This document shows positions 40,596 through 49,161 of a stretch of DNA of 64,000 nucleotides, piece by piece. Below the pieces are notes generated by a model, which ran no database searches, had not been told where the DNA came from, and was given only the letters and a program-made list of their open reading frames with translations. The position numbers and the translations under genes are program-made. Position 1 is the stretch's first letter. Each line of letters opens with the position of its first letter. This DNA is from Candidatus Poribacteria bacterium (GTDB lineage: Bacteria > Poribacteria > WGA-4E > PCPOR2b): NCBI GenBank assembly GCA_965218095.1, contig OZ244587.1, positions 1,664,001 to 1,728,000 of the forward strand, in the 5' to 3' direction.

Positions 40596-40953
40596 CTAAC
40601 CCATAACCGCCTCTTCCTGTTCAACCGCAATCGAGAACCACCTATACAGCGCCGGAATCACTAACAACGTCAAAATGGTTGATGTGACCAAACCACCGAT
40701 CACCACCGTTGCCAAAGGACGTTGTACCTCGCTGCCAGTACCATGGGACAAGACAATGGGGACGAGCCTAAGCCCAGCCGCGGATGCTGTTATCAGCACG
40801 GGACGTAGCCTCAAGCAGGCGCTGCGAATACATGCGTCGGTCATGGGAATTCCCTCCTGTAGGAGCTGGTTGAGGCAGGTCACCAAAACCATGCCATTGG
40901 CGAGAGCAATCCCGAAGAGCGCAATGAAGCCTATCGATGCCGGGACAGACAGG
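40596..40953 (-). pseudogene. C-terminal remnant of CusA/CzcA heavy-metal RND pump
   Basis: SIGFIALFGIA..NGMVLV, RLRPVLITA, GSEVQRPLATVVIGGL. Confidence 0.85.
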
Positions 40954-40954
40954 T

Positions 40955-41065
40955 TTTGCCAACTCTTTGAGAGACCCGGAAGCTAAGATAAATCGTTTGA
41001 TGAAGTGAAGATCTCCTTCGCTCAACGCAGACAGCCACTTCGGGATTTGCGCTTCGCTTACAACC
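40955..41065 (-). pseudogene. DUF2089-like N-terminal fragment
   Basis: PKWLSALSEGDLHFIKRFILASGSLKELAK. Confidence 0.55.
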
Positions 41066-41139
41066 GGGGAGATTGTTTCGGAGGAGTTCGATTTCACAGT
41101 AACACCCAACGCCCTTGCAAACGCAGTTCTGCCAGTAAG

Positions 41140-41455
41140 GCTTGATGGGGTTGGCACGCCGAAGCAGACCCTTCTGTTGCAGAACTATCTCAACCCGTTC
41201 AACCCTGAAACGTGGATTCCGTATCACCTTTCGGAAGCTGCTCCTGTAACCCTATCAATTTACGACACGACCGGACAACGGATACGGACGCTTTCGCTTG
41301 GATTCCAGTTAGCAGGCTTCTATCAAAGCCGTCCACGCGCTGCCTATTGGGATGGGTGCAACGACTTGGGTGAACGGGTTTCAAGCGGGGTCTATTTTTA
41401 CCAATTGTCCACCCCATCTTTCTATCGGATGAAGCGGATGGTTATTGTGAAGTAG
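41140..41455 (+). pseudogene. Orphan Poribacteria-type C-terminal domain
   Basis: LLQNYLNPFNPETWIPY...AAYWDG...GVYFYQL; no N-terminal part. Confidence 0.75.
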
Positions 41456-41503
41456 CCTTGGGTTGGTTGTTGCAACAATCGTCAATTGAAAGGCGGAATG
41501 ACA

Positions 41504-41917
41504 CTACCAAGTACGAGTGAAACTTAACCTTCCGGTCAGCCCGGTTTGCTCTTCCGCTTTTTTGGTGTCATACCCAACAAGTATGCCGAGAGTGTTATTT
41601 TCGCCGTAGCCGATGTTGATTCGCGGACCGACTACGAGACTGAAACTGTCACCCTTAACAGCGGGGATGGAAACACCAAGGTCAAACTCTCCGATGGTAT
41701 CGTTGATGTAAATATTAGAATCGAGCGAGATGCCGCCAACGGAATGGGTTGCCCCGATTAGGAAATGCGTTCCTAAGGTATCGGTATCGACGCGGAACCA
41801 GCCGGGAATGCGGGTTTTTTCGGCTGCCGCTTCACTTTCATCGCTCTCTGCCCAGACTGAACTACTCCCAACGGTCACGATACAAACGATTATCAAAACA
41901 TGGGTGAATCTATACAT
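41504..41917 (-). CDS. Exported beta-rich hypothetical protein
   Basis: Signal peptide; C-terminal LSFTRTW resembles an outer-membrane beta-signal. Confidence 0.6.
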   Translation of the reverse strand: MYRFTHVLIIVCIVTVGSSSVWAESDESEAAAEKTRIPGWFRVDTDTLGTHFLIGATHSVGGISLDSNIYINDTIGEFDLGVSIPAVKGDSFSLVVGPRINIGYGENNTLGILVGYDTKKAEEQTGLTGRLSFTRTW

Positions 41918-42036
41918 TTTGCTTTATATCCTTTCTTGTAATAGACTAGGATTATGCCTTTAGAACCTCAATACCGTAGGCGGAGTATTCTTGCCCCGCT
42001 CCTCAATTATACCCTTGGCAGCCGATTTTTGAAATT

Positions 42037-42074
42037 AAAAAATTTGTCAAAGTCAATCCGCTTGTGCTACAATA
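42037..42074 (+). repeat. 38-bp direct repeat, copy 1 (promoter-like)
   Basis: AAAAAATTTGTCAAAGTCAATCCGCTTGTGCTACAATA; 37 of 38 identical to 47915-47952. Confidence 0.85.
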
Positions 42075-42095
42075 ACCCAAATTGCTACCTAAACT

Positions 42096-43204
42096 GAGGG
42101 GTGTGCATAGTAGTTCATTGGAAAACAGCCGCCATATGAGAGATATTGCGAGCAGGTAACTTCCATATGGCATTGGCAATCATAGCCACTTGCACTGATA
42201 ACACCCCGATAGCTAAACAACAGCGTACATTGAAAAACCCCTTGACCGGTAACTGCTTCTGTTGAGGAGTGGTGCCTATCACTTTAGCAATCAAGTCAAA
42301 CAACGGTTCAACCGAACTGCGACGTTTGCTTAAACAGAGACGCTGCTTGGGTTGGTTGATAAATCGATGATACGCCTTGGCAAACCGTCCCTTTGTCCAT
42401 CTAAGTGCCGGGGTAATCAAAGCGACTTGTGCCTTCGCCCAACGACGGATACGGTCTGCTTGGGTATAGGCATCATCGGCAGTGAGTGTCTGCGGTGAAA
42501 GTTGTGTCAGAATCTCAGACGCTTTAGCATCTATCGCCCAACTTTCGGAGACCGACGCACGGTGCACAGTTATCAGTGTTGGGAACGCACCTTGTGTGCA
42601 GATAATGTGAAGTCCGTAGCCATAGACCCAGCCATGATAACCACTCTTGCTCCACGTGGCATCGGTGTCGAGGTTGCGTAGATGTTTAGGTGCTTTTCCT
42701 GCTTTGCGGTCAGTTTGATGCCAGACGGGTCCTCGTGCCTTAAATAAACTTTTGTCGGCTACCAGATGAGCCAAGTTGAATTGTTGGGACAAGTCAGTGG
42801 CATACTGACCGATAAACAATACAAATGCCTCTATCACTTCATATAATGCCTTATAGCGACGTGCAATCGTGGTTCGATGAGGGGGCTGTTGCCACCCCAG
42901 CATTTGTAACACTTCTGGGTGATTGATTAGCCACCGCCATTGCGTTTTGAAGCCATAGATGCCGTGAAACTGCATCAACATGAAGAAAATGATAAACGAG
43001 GTGGTTGAATATGTCAATGGTTTTGCGTGTGTGACACCTGGTTTGTCAATACGGTGTTGCATAAACTGCTCAAAGAGTTGCATAATAAGAGTGACATAAT
43101 CAGCCAACATTGGTCTTTGTACCATATTGGGGCTCCTTTTGCTATGATAACAATAGGAAACCCTTTTGGCTTGATTATGTCAACTATATTTATGCACACC
43201 CCTC
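42096..43204 (-). mobile_element. Insertion sequence (DDE_Tnp_1-type)
   Basis: Perfect 14-bp TIR GAGGGGTGTGCATA / TATGCACACCCCTC; 9-bp duplication ACCTAAACT. Confidence 0.9.
42115..43125 (-). CDS. DDE transposase
   Basis: VADKS, DTDATW, GWVYGYGLH, TADDAY, RRSSVEPLF. Confidence 0.88.
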   Translation of the reverse strand: MVQRPMLADYVTLIMQLFEQFMQHRIDKPGVTHAKPLTYSTTSFIIFFMLMQFHGIYGFKTQWRWLINHPEVLQMLGWQQPPHRTTIARRYKALYEVIEAFVLFIGQYATDLSQQFNLAHLVADKSLFKARGPVWHQTDRKAGKAPKHLRNLDTDATWSKSGYHGWVYGYGLHIICTQGAFPTLITVHRASVSESWAIDAKASEILTQLSPQTLTADDAYTQADRIRRWAKAQVALITPALRWTKGRFAKAYHRFINQPKQRLCLSKRRSSVEPLFDLIAKVIGTTPQQKQLPVKGFFNVRCCLAIGVLSVQVAMIANAIWKLPARNISHMAAVFQ

Positions 43205-43640
43205 ACCTAAACTGGAAAAAACATTATTTGTGCAGAACGTTCAGTGTAGGTTAGGTTGAACGGTTAAAAGCGAATCCCTATCAAGGACAAATAGAGGTGC
43301 TGCCTTTCAACAACACGGTCTTATAGTGAAACCCAACCTCTCCATCCAACCGACGCGCTGATTATCAAGTGTTGGGTTTCACTCTATTTGTGAGATTTCA
43401 AGCAGAATCGAATCCCGCAATCCAAGTGTAATGTTTGGTATTTTTCATTGGTTCCGTTCAACCCAACCTACGTGCTATAGACATATCGCTCCATATGACC
43501 CGGCACGCTGCGCCGCCCATTGCTGGGTCATTGCGAAAGGTTGAGCACCTCGACTTTAACGAAAAACCGATGAATTTTCAATAGGCAGCAACTTAGATTA
43601 TCATATACCCATTTGGGTATCAAATTGAACGGAGAACGTT

Positions 43641-46600
43641 TTGAATAAGCGGATTACCTCAATACCTATTGTGCTAGCACTCTATACAATCCTAATATGT
43701 ATTCCATCTTCGGTATATGCCAAAAAGGGGGTAAGACAGCAGATTCAACTGAAAGCAGGCGCGGCGTTGCAGCGGATCAAATCCGATTCAGAAACCCCTG
43801 TCCGTGCACGATGGCATCAGAACCGGGGGACAGTCCGCAACCTTTACAATTTGACACTGCCTGCCCCGATAGGAACGCTGGAAACATCAGTGCGTCAATG
43901 CCTTACCGACTATTGTGACCTTTTTGCGATGACTGATCCAAACATCGAGTTGCGTCTCACGGATATCCAAAACAGCTTAACGGGCAGACATGTTCGATTC
44001 CATCAATACTACAACGGTATCGAAGTTTACGGTGCAGTGACCTCGGTCCACACCAACCGCTCTGGGCAGATACGAGTCATCCACAACAACTACTTCCCAC
44101 AGATCAACATCAGTACAGCGGCATCGCTCTCCCCGGAACAAGCAATCAGTATCGCCATTGCCGAGTCCGGTGCATTCGATTTGCGCAAGCCGCCGCGTGT
44201 CAACTTGGTAATTTTCCCGGATCGTAATACGGGACAGATAGGCGACTATGCTAATGCGTATCGCCTCGCTCACCGCACAATCGTGCACTCCCGTCAACCA
44301 CTCGCAAGTTGGGAGTATATCATTGACACCAACACCGGCGAGCTGTTGCACCGACGGAACCTGCTCAGGTTTGCTGACGGACAAGGGCGCGTCTTTAACC
44401 CGAATCCTGTTGTCGCCCTTAAAGATTTCACGCTCATGGACCAAGATGATTCTCCTGACGCGATACCAGAAGCAGCGTATACGGATGTGATGCTACCTGA
44501 GTTGGACGGGAGTGGTTTTCTTGATGGGCCTTACGCGAGTACGAGATTGACCGAAAATCGTGCCAACGAGCCGACGCTGGGGTTCAACTATCTCCGAGAT
44601 GATCCCCGATTTGAGGAGGTGATGGTCTATTATCACGTTGATGCCGTTGGGCGTTATTTGAAAGGACTCGGCTTCGATTTCGTGGACAATTGGCAGATTC
44701 CTGCGAATGTGCATTTCGGTATGACGAGGGCTGGTTTCTATAACGATAGTGAGGGATCGATTAATTTCGGAGATGCCGGTGTTGATGTTGCCGAAGATGC
44801 TGAAGTGATTATCCATGAATATGGTCACGCGATCCTTGATCGACAGGTCCCTAACATTAACAAGGGCGAAGGTGGCGCGATACACGAAGGGTTTAGTGAT
44901 TTTCTCGCAGCCAGTTTTTTCAGTGCCGTGAGCGATGGTTTTAGTGACTCGATCGTTTTTGAATGGGCTGGTTCAGGTGACCCTGAGATTTACACTCGTC
45001 CCGTAACTGGTAACAAGCGTTATCCCGAAGACATTGTGGGTGAGCCACACACCGATGGAGAGATTTGGTCTGCGGCACTATGGGAGATTTTTGAGGCGAT
45101 TGGACGCGATGCGTCGATCCGCTTGATTGTCGAGAGCCATTTCTTCCTCTCACCCGACACGGAACTTGTCGATGGGGCATCAGCGATTTTTATGGCGGAT
45201 CAGGAACTGAATGGTGGAGTAAATTTCGACCTAATTTTGGGAATTATGGAGAACCGTGGATTCTTTACGCTGCCCAAATTGGCATCGGATGCCTTTGAGG
45301 AGAACGATACAGCGGAGACCGCAGCCGCGATTGAGCTCCCGTTTGTCAACGGAGAACTGTCCGTCCACACAGCGGACAATGATGATTACTATAGATTCCG
45401 TTTGGATGAGACAATGCAGGTTGGGTTGGGAATTGATTTTCAACCCATTTACGGGGAGTTGATGCTAACATTGATGGGACCTAATGGTATCGAGCTTGTT
45501 ACCTTCGAGACGAAGGATGTTACATCGCTTGAATTAGTGCCGGGCGATTATGTCGTTGCAGTTTCGGGCATCAACGGTGCGACTAACGATTATAAACTAG
45601 CGCTTATCGTTGACAACCACGGCGATACGCCTGACACAGCGACATCTGTGGCGATCGGCGACACGATAGAAAGTTTCATCGACTTCAACGGAGATACGGA
45701 TTTCTTCGCGATTGAAGGTGAGAAGGGGCAGCGCATTGAAATCACTATTACGACAAAGAACTCCGACCTCGACTCTCTGCTCGTTGTCTATGGACCAGAT
45801 GGTGAGCTCTTTGCTAAAAGTGATGATGTCTTGCCGACCATCGGTCCGGAGCCGATTCCCGAACTAAATCCGCGTGGGATTGATTCCCGCGTGAGTGAAA
45901 AACTACCAGCCAATGGAACGTACCTGCTCGCTGTCAGCAACATTGCACTTCCCAATCTGAATGCCCCCTTTGGCGGTCTAAACTACTCTTACACACTGAC
46001 GATCAGTGGGAAGACCGATGACCATGCAGCGTGCGGTAGTGGCGAGGAAACGCCATTGACCTTCGATGCACCTATAACAGGTATCATTACCCTTAGCACC
46101 CTTAGCGGTGATCCTACATCACCGGATCCTCAAGACTCGGAACCCGATCTTCATGACTCGGACGGTTTCCGCTTTGAAGCGTCAGAGGGCACTGTCATTG
46201 CCCTACACGTTGAGGTAGAAACGCCTGCACGCGAGGTAATATTTATGGTGACCCTCCTCAGTCTTTTGGATGCATCTGGAGAAACGTTGGTATCTACTCG
46301 TGGCGCTCCTAATGGCTTAGAGGTGCGGATTGATGGATTTCTCATCCCTGCCGATGGCGAGTATTGTGTTGATGTTGCCGGTTTCATAGGAGGTGCGGTT
46401 GGTTCCACTTATACCTATACGCTGACGTTATCTGAGGGCGAACTGCCCGAAGATGATCACGAAGATCTGAAAGGGAATCCAACCCCCTTAACGGTGGGTG
46501 TTCCTGTCGAGGGAGCGATCAGTTTTGTCGGGGATGCCGATGCGTTTCAGTTTACTGCTACAGCGGGACAAATCATTACGTTAGCGGTGGACGGGCAACC

Positions 46601-47681
46601 CGCCACTCCGTTCTCTCGTTTAGTTTTGACCCTGTATAATAGCGATTTACAGCGTTTAGCCGAGGTTCCGCTCTTTATAGAAGGTATTGATTCGATGCTA
46701 GAAGGATTTGAAATTCCTGTGGACGGAATTCACTATGCCGAGATTAGAGATATGTTCGGAGGAAGTGAAGCGAATTTTTCCTACACACTGACCCTGACAA
46801 TCGAAGAGGGAGATGTTGAGCGTAAATTTCCCCCTTATGATGTCAACCAAGATGGCAAGGTGGACATTTTTGATCTCGTGCTTGTCGGTCAACATTTCGG
46901 CGAAAAATTCATTAACGCCACGCCAACTGCAGATTTTGGACAGTTCCGTTCGGTATCGCCCGAAGGGGAGTTGCGGCTCCTGATGACCCCGAGTGTGACG
47001 GATACACGACAATTGACCGTCTCAATCCACACCACAGCGATTGCCGATCTTTACGGCTACCATTTTTCAATCCAGTACGATCCGGCGATATTAGAGTTCC
47101 TTACTGCATCACCAAGCCCGGTTTTAGCCGCTGCGCTGCCCCAAAGTTACTGGCATATCTCCCAGCAAGGGACACAACTGAAGTTCACACAGACACGTCA
47201 AGCAACGCTGAAAGGTGTGACAGCAGAGGGTTCACTGGCTATGCTTGTTTTTCATGTCAAAAAGACGGTGCCCCCGTCGTCGCAGCCCCCCATCCGGCTC
47301 GTTGACCTGCAACTGGCGGATTCGCTGACAAGAGCGATTCCGGTGCACGTGGTCGGTGAGCGAGTGTCAATGACAGAGCTATTCCCTGAGAAACCGATGT
47401 TGCTGCAAAACCACCCGAACCCGTTTAACCCGGAAACATGGATTCCGTATCAACTCTCTACCGATTCAGAGGTGGTTATCTCAATTTACGATACAAACGG
47501 TGAGCGTGTCCGTCAATTTGACCTCGGCTATCAGCACGTTGGGACATACATTACTCGCGGTAGGGCGGCCTACTGGGATGGAGAAGACATGTATGGTGAG
47601 CAGGTTGCGAGCGGCTTATATTTTTATCAGATCCGGGCGGGTGCGTTTTCTGCGACCCGCAAAATGGTTATCGTCAAATAG
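43641..47681 (+). CDS. Secreted M36/M4-like zinc metalloprotease with propeptide, PPC repeats, dockerin, cohesin-like and Poribacteria-type C-terminal domains
   Basis: HVRFHQYYNGIEVYG, IHEYGH, HEGFSD, PHTDGEIW, DDH/DNHGD-led repeats, YDVNQDGKVDIFDLV, IQYDPAILEF, NHPNPFNPETWIPY. Confidence 0.92.
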   Translation: MNKRITSIPIVLALYTILICIPSSVYAKKGVRQQIQLKAGAALQRIKSDSETPVRARWHQNRGTVRNLYNLTLPAPIGTLETSVRQCLTDYCDLFAMTDPNIELRLTDIQNSLTGRHVRFHQYYNGIEVYGAVTSVHTNRSGQIRVIHNNYFPQINISTAASLSPEQAISIAIAESGAFDLRKPPRVNLVIFPDRNTGQIGDYANAYRLAHRTIVHSRQPLASWEYIIDTNTGELLHRRNLLRFADGQGRVFNPNPVVALKDFTLMDQDDSPDAIPEAAYTDVMLPELDGSGFLDGPYASTRLTENRANEPTLGFNYLRDDPRFEEVMVYYHVDAVGRYLKGLGFDFVDNWQIPANVHFGMTRAGFYNDSEGSINFGDAGVDVAEDAEVIIHEYGHAILDRQVPNINKGEGGAIHEGFSDFLAASFFSAVSDGFSDSIVFEWAGSGDPEIYTRPVTGNKRYPEDIVGEPHTDGEIWSAALWEIFEAIGRDASIRLIVESHFFLSPDTELVDGASAIFMADQELNGGVNFDLILGIMENRGFFTLPKLASDAFEENDTAETAAAIELPFVNGELSVHTADNDDYYRFRLDETMQVGLGIDFQPIYGELMLTLMGPNGIELVTFETKDVTSLELVPGDYVVAVSGINGATNDYKLALIVDNHGDTPDTATSVAIGDTIESFIDFNGDTDFFAIEGEKGQRIEITITTKNSDLDSLLVVYGPDGELFAKSDDVLPTIGPEPIPELNPRGIDSRVSEKLPANGTYLLAVSNIALPNLNAPFGGLNYSYTLTISGKTDDHAACGSGEETPLTFDAPITGIITLSTLSGDPTSPDPQDSEPDLHDSDGFRFEASEGTVIALHVEVETPAREVIFMVTLLSLLDASGETLVSTRGAPNGLEVRIDGFLIPADGEYCVDVAGFIGGAVGSTYTYTLTLSEGELPEDDHEDLKGNPTPLTVGVPVEGAISFVGDADAFQFTATAGQIITLAVDGQPATPFSRLVLTLYNSDLQRLAEVPLFIEGIDSMLEGFEIPVDGIHYAEIRDMFGGSEANFSYTLTLTIEEGDVERKFPPYDVNQDGKVDIFDLVLVGQHFGEKFINATPTADFGQFRSVSPEGELRLLMTPSVTDTRQLTVSIHTTAIADLYGYHFSIQYDPAILEFLTASPSPVLAAALPQSYWHISQQGTQLKFTQTRQATLKGVTAEGSLAMLVFHVKKTVPPSSQPPIRLVDLQLADSLTRAIPVHVVGERVSMTELFPEKPMLLQNHPNPFNPETWIPYQLSTDSEVVISIYDTNGERVRQFDLGYQHVGTYITRGRAAYWDGEDMYGEQVASGLYFYQIRAGAFSATRKMVIVK

Positions 47682-47684
47682 TTA

Positions 47685-47735
47685 ACTCAGGTTGCCACCT
47701 ATCGCCCCGCTAGGGCTTTAGGTGACAACTTGAGT
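47685..47735. repeat. Mini element: IS982-like ends around one REP palindrome
   Basis: ACTCAGGTTGCCACCTA - TCGCCCCGCTAGGGCTT - TAGGTGACAACTTGAGT. Confidence 0.6.
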
Positions 47736-47914
47736 GTTTTTACTATAAATCACTTTACTCGCAGCTACTTCAGGATAACCATAAGAGAGTGACCCCGAAA
47801 CCTTTTGAGTTGAAAAAGGATGAAAACCGCGCCTTGCTAATCTTATTATAAAAAAGTGCTCCCGATCTTTGCAAGAAAAAAGCAAAGGAAAACTAAACGC
47901 CCCTAAATTGCGAC

Positions 47915-47952
47915 AAAAAATTTGTCAAAGTCAATCCGCTTGTGCTATAATA
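47915..47952 (+). promoter_or_regulatory. Promoter of the leader/TBDR operon; 38-bp repeat copy 2
   Basis: TTGTCA-18 bp-TATAAT with TG extension. Confidence 0.65.
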
Positions 47953-47999
47953 TCATCTCTAATTTTCAAGTATCTCACGTTTGAAAGAGGTAAAGGTTC

Positions 48000-48302
48000 T
48001 TGCAGAACAATCGAACCCACATCAATCCAACCGGCTGGGTAATTGCAATTGGGATTTTTTATTCTCTGATGGCAATAAGCCTTGTCGGGCTCACATATGA
48101 ACACGACCACAATATCCTCGGTTCGACTGATTGTTCTGCTTGCTTCTTCAGTGCCAACCACCTCGGTATTGAGCTCCATGCTGTTGACTTCACCAATCTC
48201 GATACCTGCATCTCAATTCACTCCCCTTTCGACCTTACTTTCATCTTCACGACACCTGTCAACAATATCCAAAGTCGTGCCCCACCAGCGTTCTCCATTT
48301 AA
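48000..48302 (+). CDS. DUF2946/CruR-like leader protein with C-terminal RAPP
   Basis: TM segment, HDH...CSAC, ends IQSRAPPAFSI. Confidence 0.8.
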   Translation: MQNNRTHINPTGWVIAIGIFYSLMAISLVGLTYEHDHNILGSTDCSACFFSANHLGIELHAVDFTNLDTCISIHSPFDLTFIFTTPVNNIQSRAPPAFSI

Positions 48303-48442
48303 TCTCCTAATCTAACCCATATCTCTGCTTTTTTGACCCAATCAATTTCTATCTTTTCCCTGGCTGATCTGTATCTGACTTTGGCGGTAGTCTGCCTAAG
48401 TCGTGATGCCGGGAAAAACAATTTATCTATATTTTGGAGGAC

Positions 48443-49018
48443 ATGATGTTTACCTGTTTTTTTAGATTCACTCTGTTACTACTCGCATTTGCTGTGCTGT
48501 TCGCCGCTTGTAGCGAAGATGATAATCCCATTGTTGACCATGACGACGAACCATTTCATGCCGATGCCGACGGTTTTATCCTCAAGGTTGACGGGAACGA
48601 GATCTACCGCCAATTTCAGGGGACGCATACGGGAGGTATCACCCTCAAAGTCGGGGAGGAACTGGATGTTCTCGCCGTGTTCCTTAACCAGCATGAAGAG
48701 GAATTTTTCCCTGAAGCCCCGGAAGAGGGCGAAGATCACGACCACGACGATCATGGTGAGGAAGAGGTGTTTGCCTTAGCTCTCAGCGGATTTGATTCAT
48801 CAACCATTGAAGTACACCTTTACGAAAGTGAGGAGGACGACCATGAAGATGATCACGCTGAAGAAGGCGAAGACCACGACGATGAGCTCGCCGAAAAATT
48901 TACCTTTGAGGTGAAAGGGCTTAAAGCCGGAAAAACAGAGTTCAAACTCCAGCTATTGCACGGCGACCATCCTGATTTCACGGCGGCGTTCTCGACTCCC
49001 GTAACGGTTACACCGTAG
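48443..49018 (+). CDS. His/Asp/Glu-rich lipoprotein (metal-binding candidate)
   Basis: Lipobox FAAC; DHDHDDHGEEE; LLHGDHPDF; GGAGG RBS. Confidence 0.85.
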   Translation: MMFTCFFRFTLLLLAFAVLFAACSEDDNPIVDHDDEPFHADADGFILKVDGNEIYRQFQGTHTGGITLKVGEELDVLAVFLNQHEEEFFPEAPEEGEDHDHDDHGEEEVFALALSGFDSSTIEVHLYESEEDDHEDDHAEEGEDHDDELAEKFTFEVKGLKAGKTEFKLQLLHGDHPDFTAAFSTPVTVTP

Positions 49019-49161
49019 GGAGCATTTGCTTGGGAGATTGTTTTGTCGGATTGCCAAATCCAACAGTTGGTCTAGAGTTGGCAATCCAGACAGAGCAAAG
49101 TGAAAGTGGAACTACCCGAACTGAGTAGATTTTGACACAACTCTAAGATCAGAGGCTTCCG

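Larger units (their letters stand above)
42075..43598. mobile_element. IS982-end-like MITE containing GTAG REP palindromes, interrupted by an IS
   Basis: ACCCAAATTGCTACCTA ... TAGGCAGCAACTTAGAT; internal GTAGGTTAGGTTGAACG / CGTTCAACCCAACCTAC and GTGAAACCCAAC / GTTGGGTTTCAC. Confidence 0.5.
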
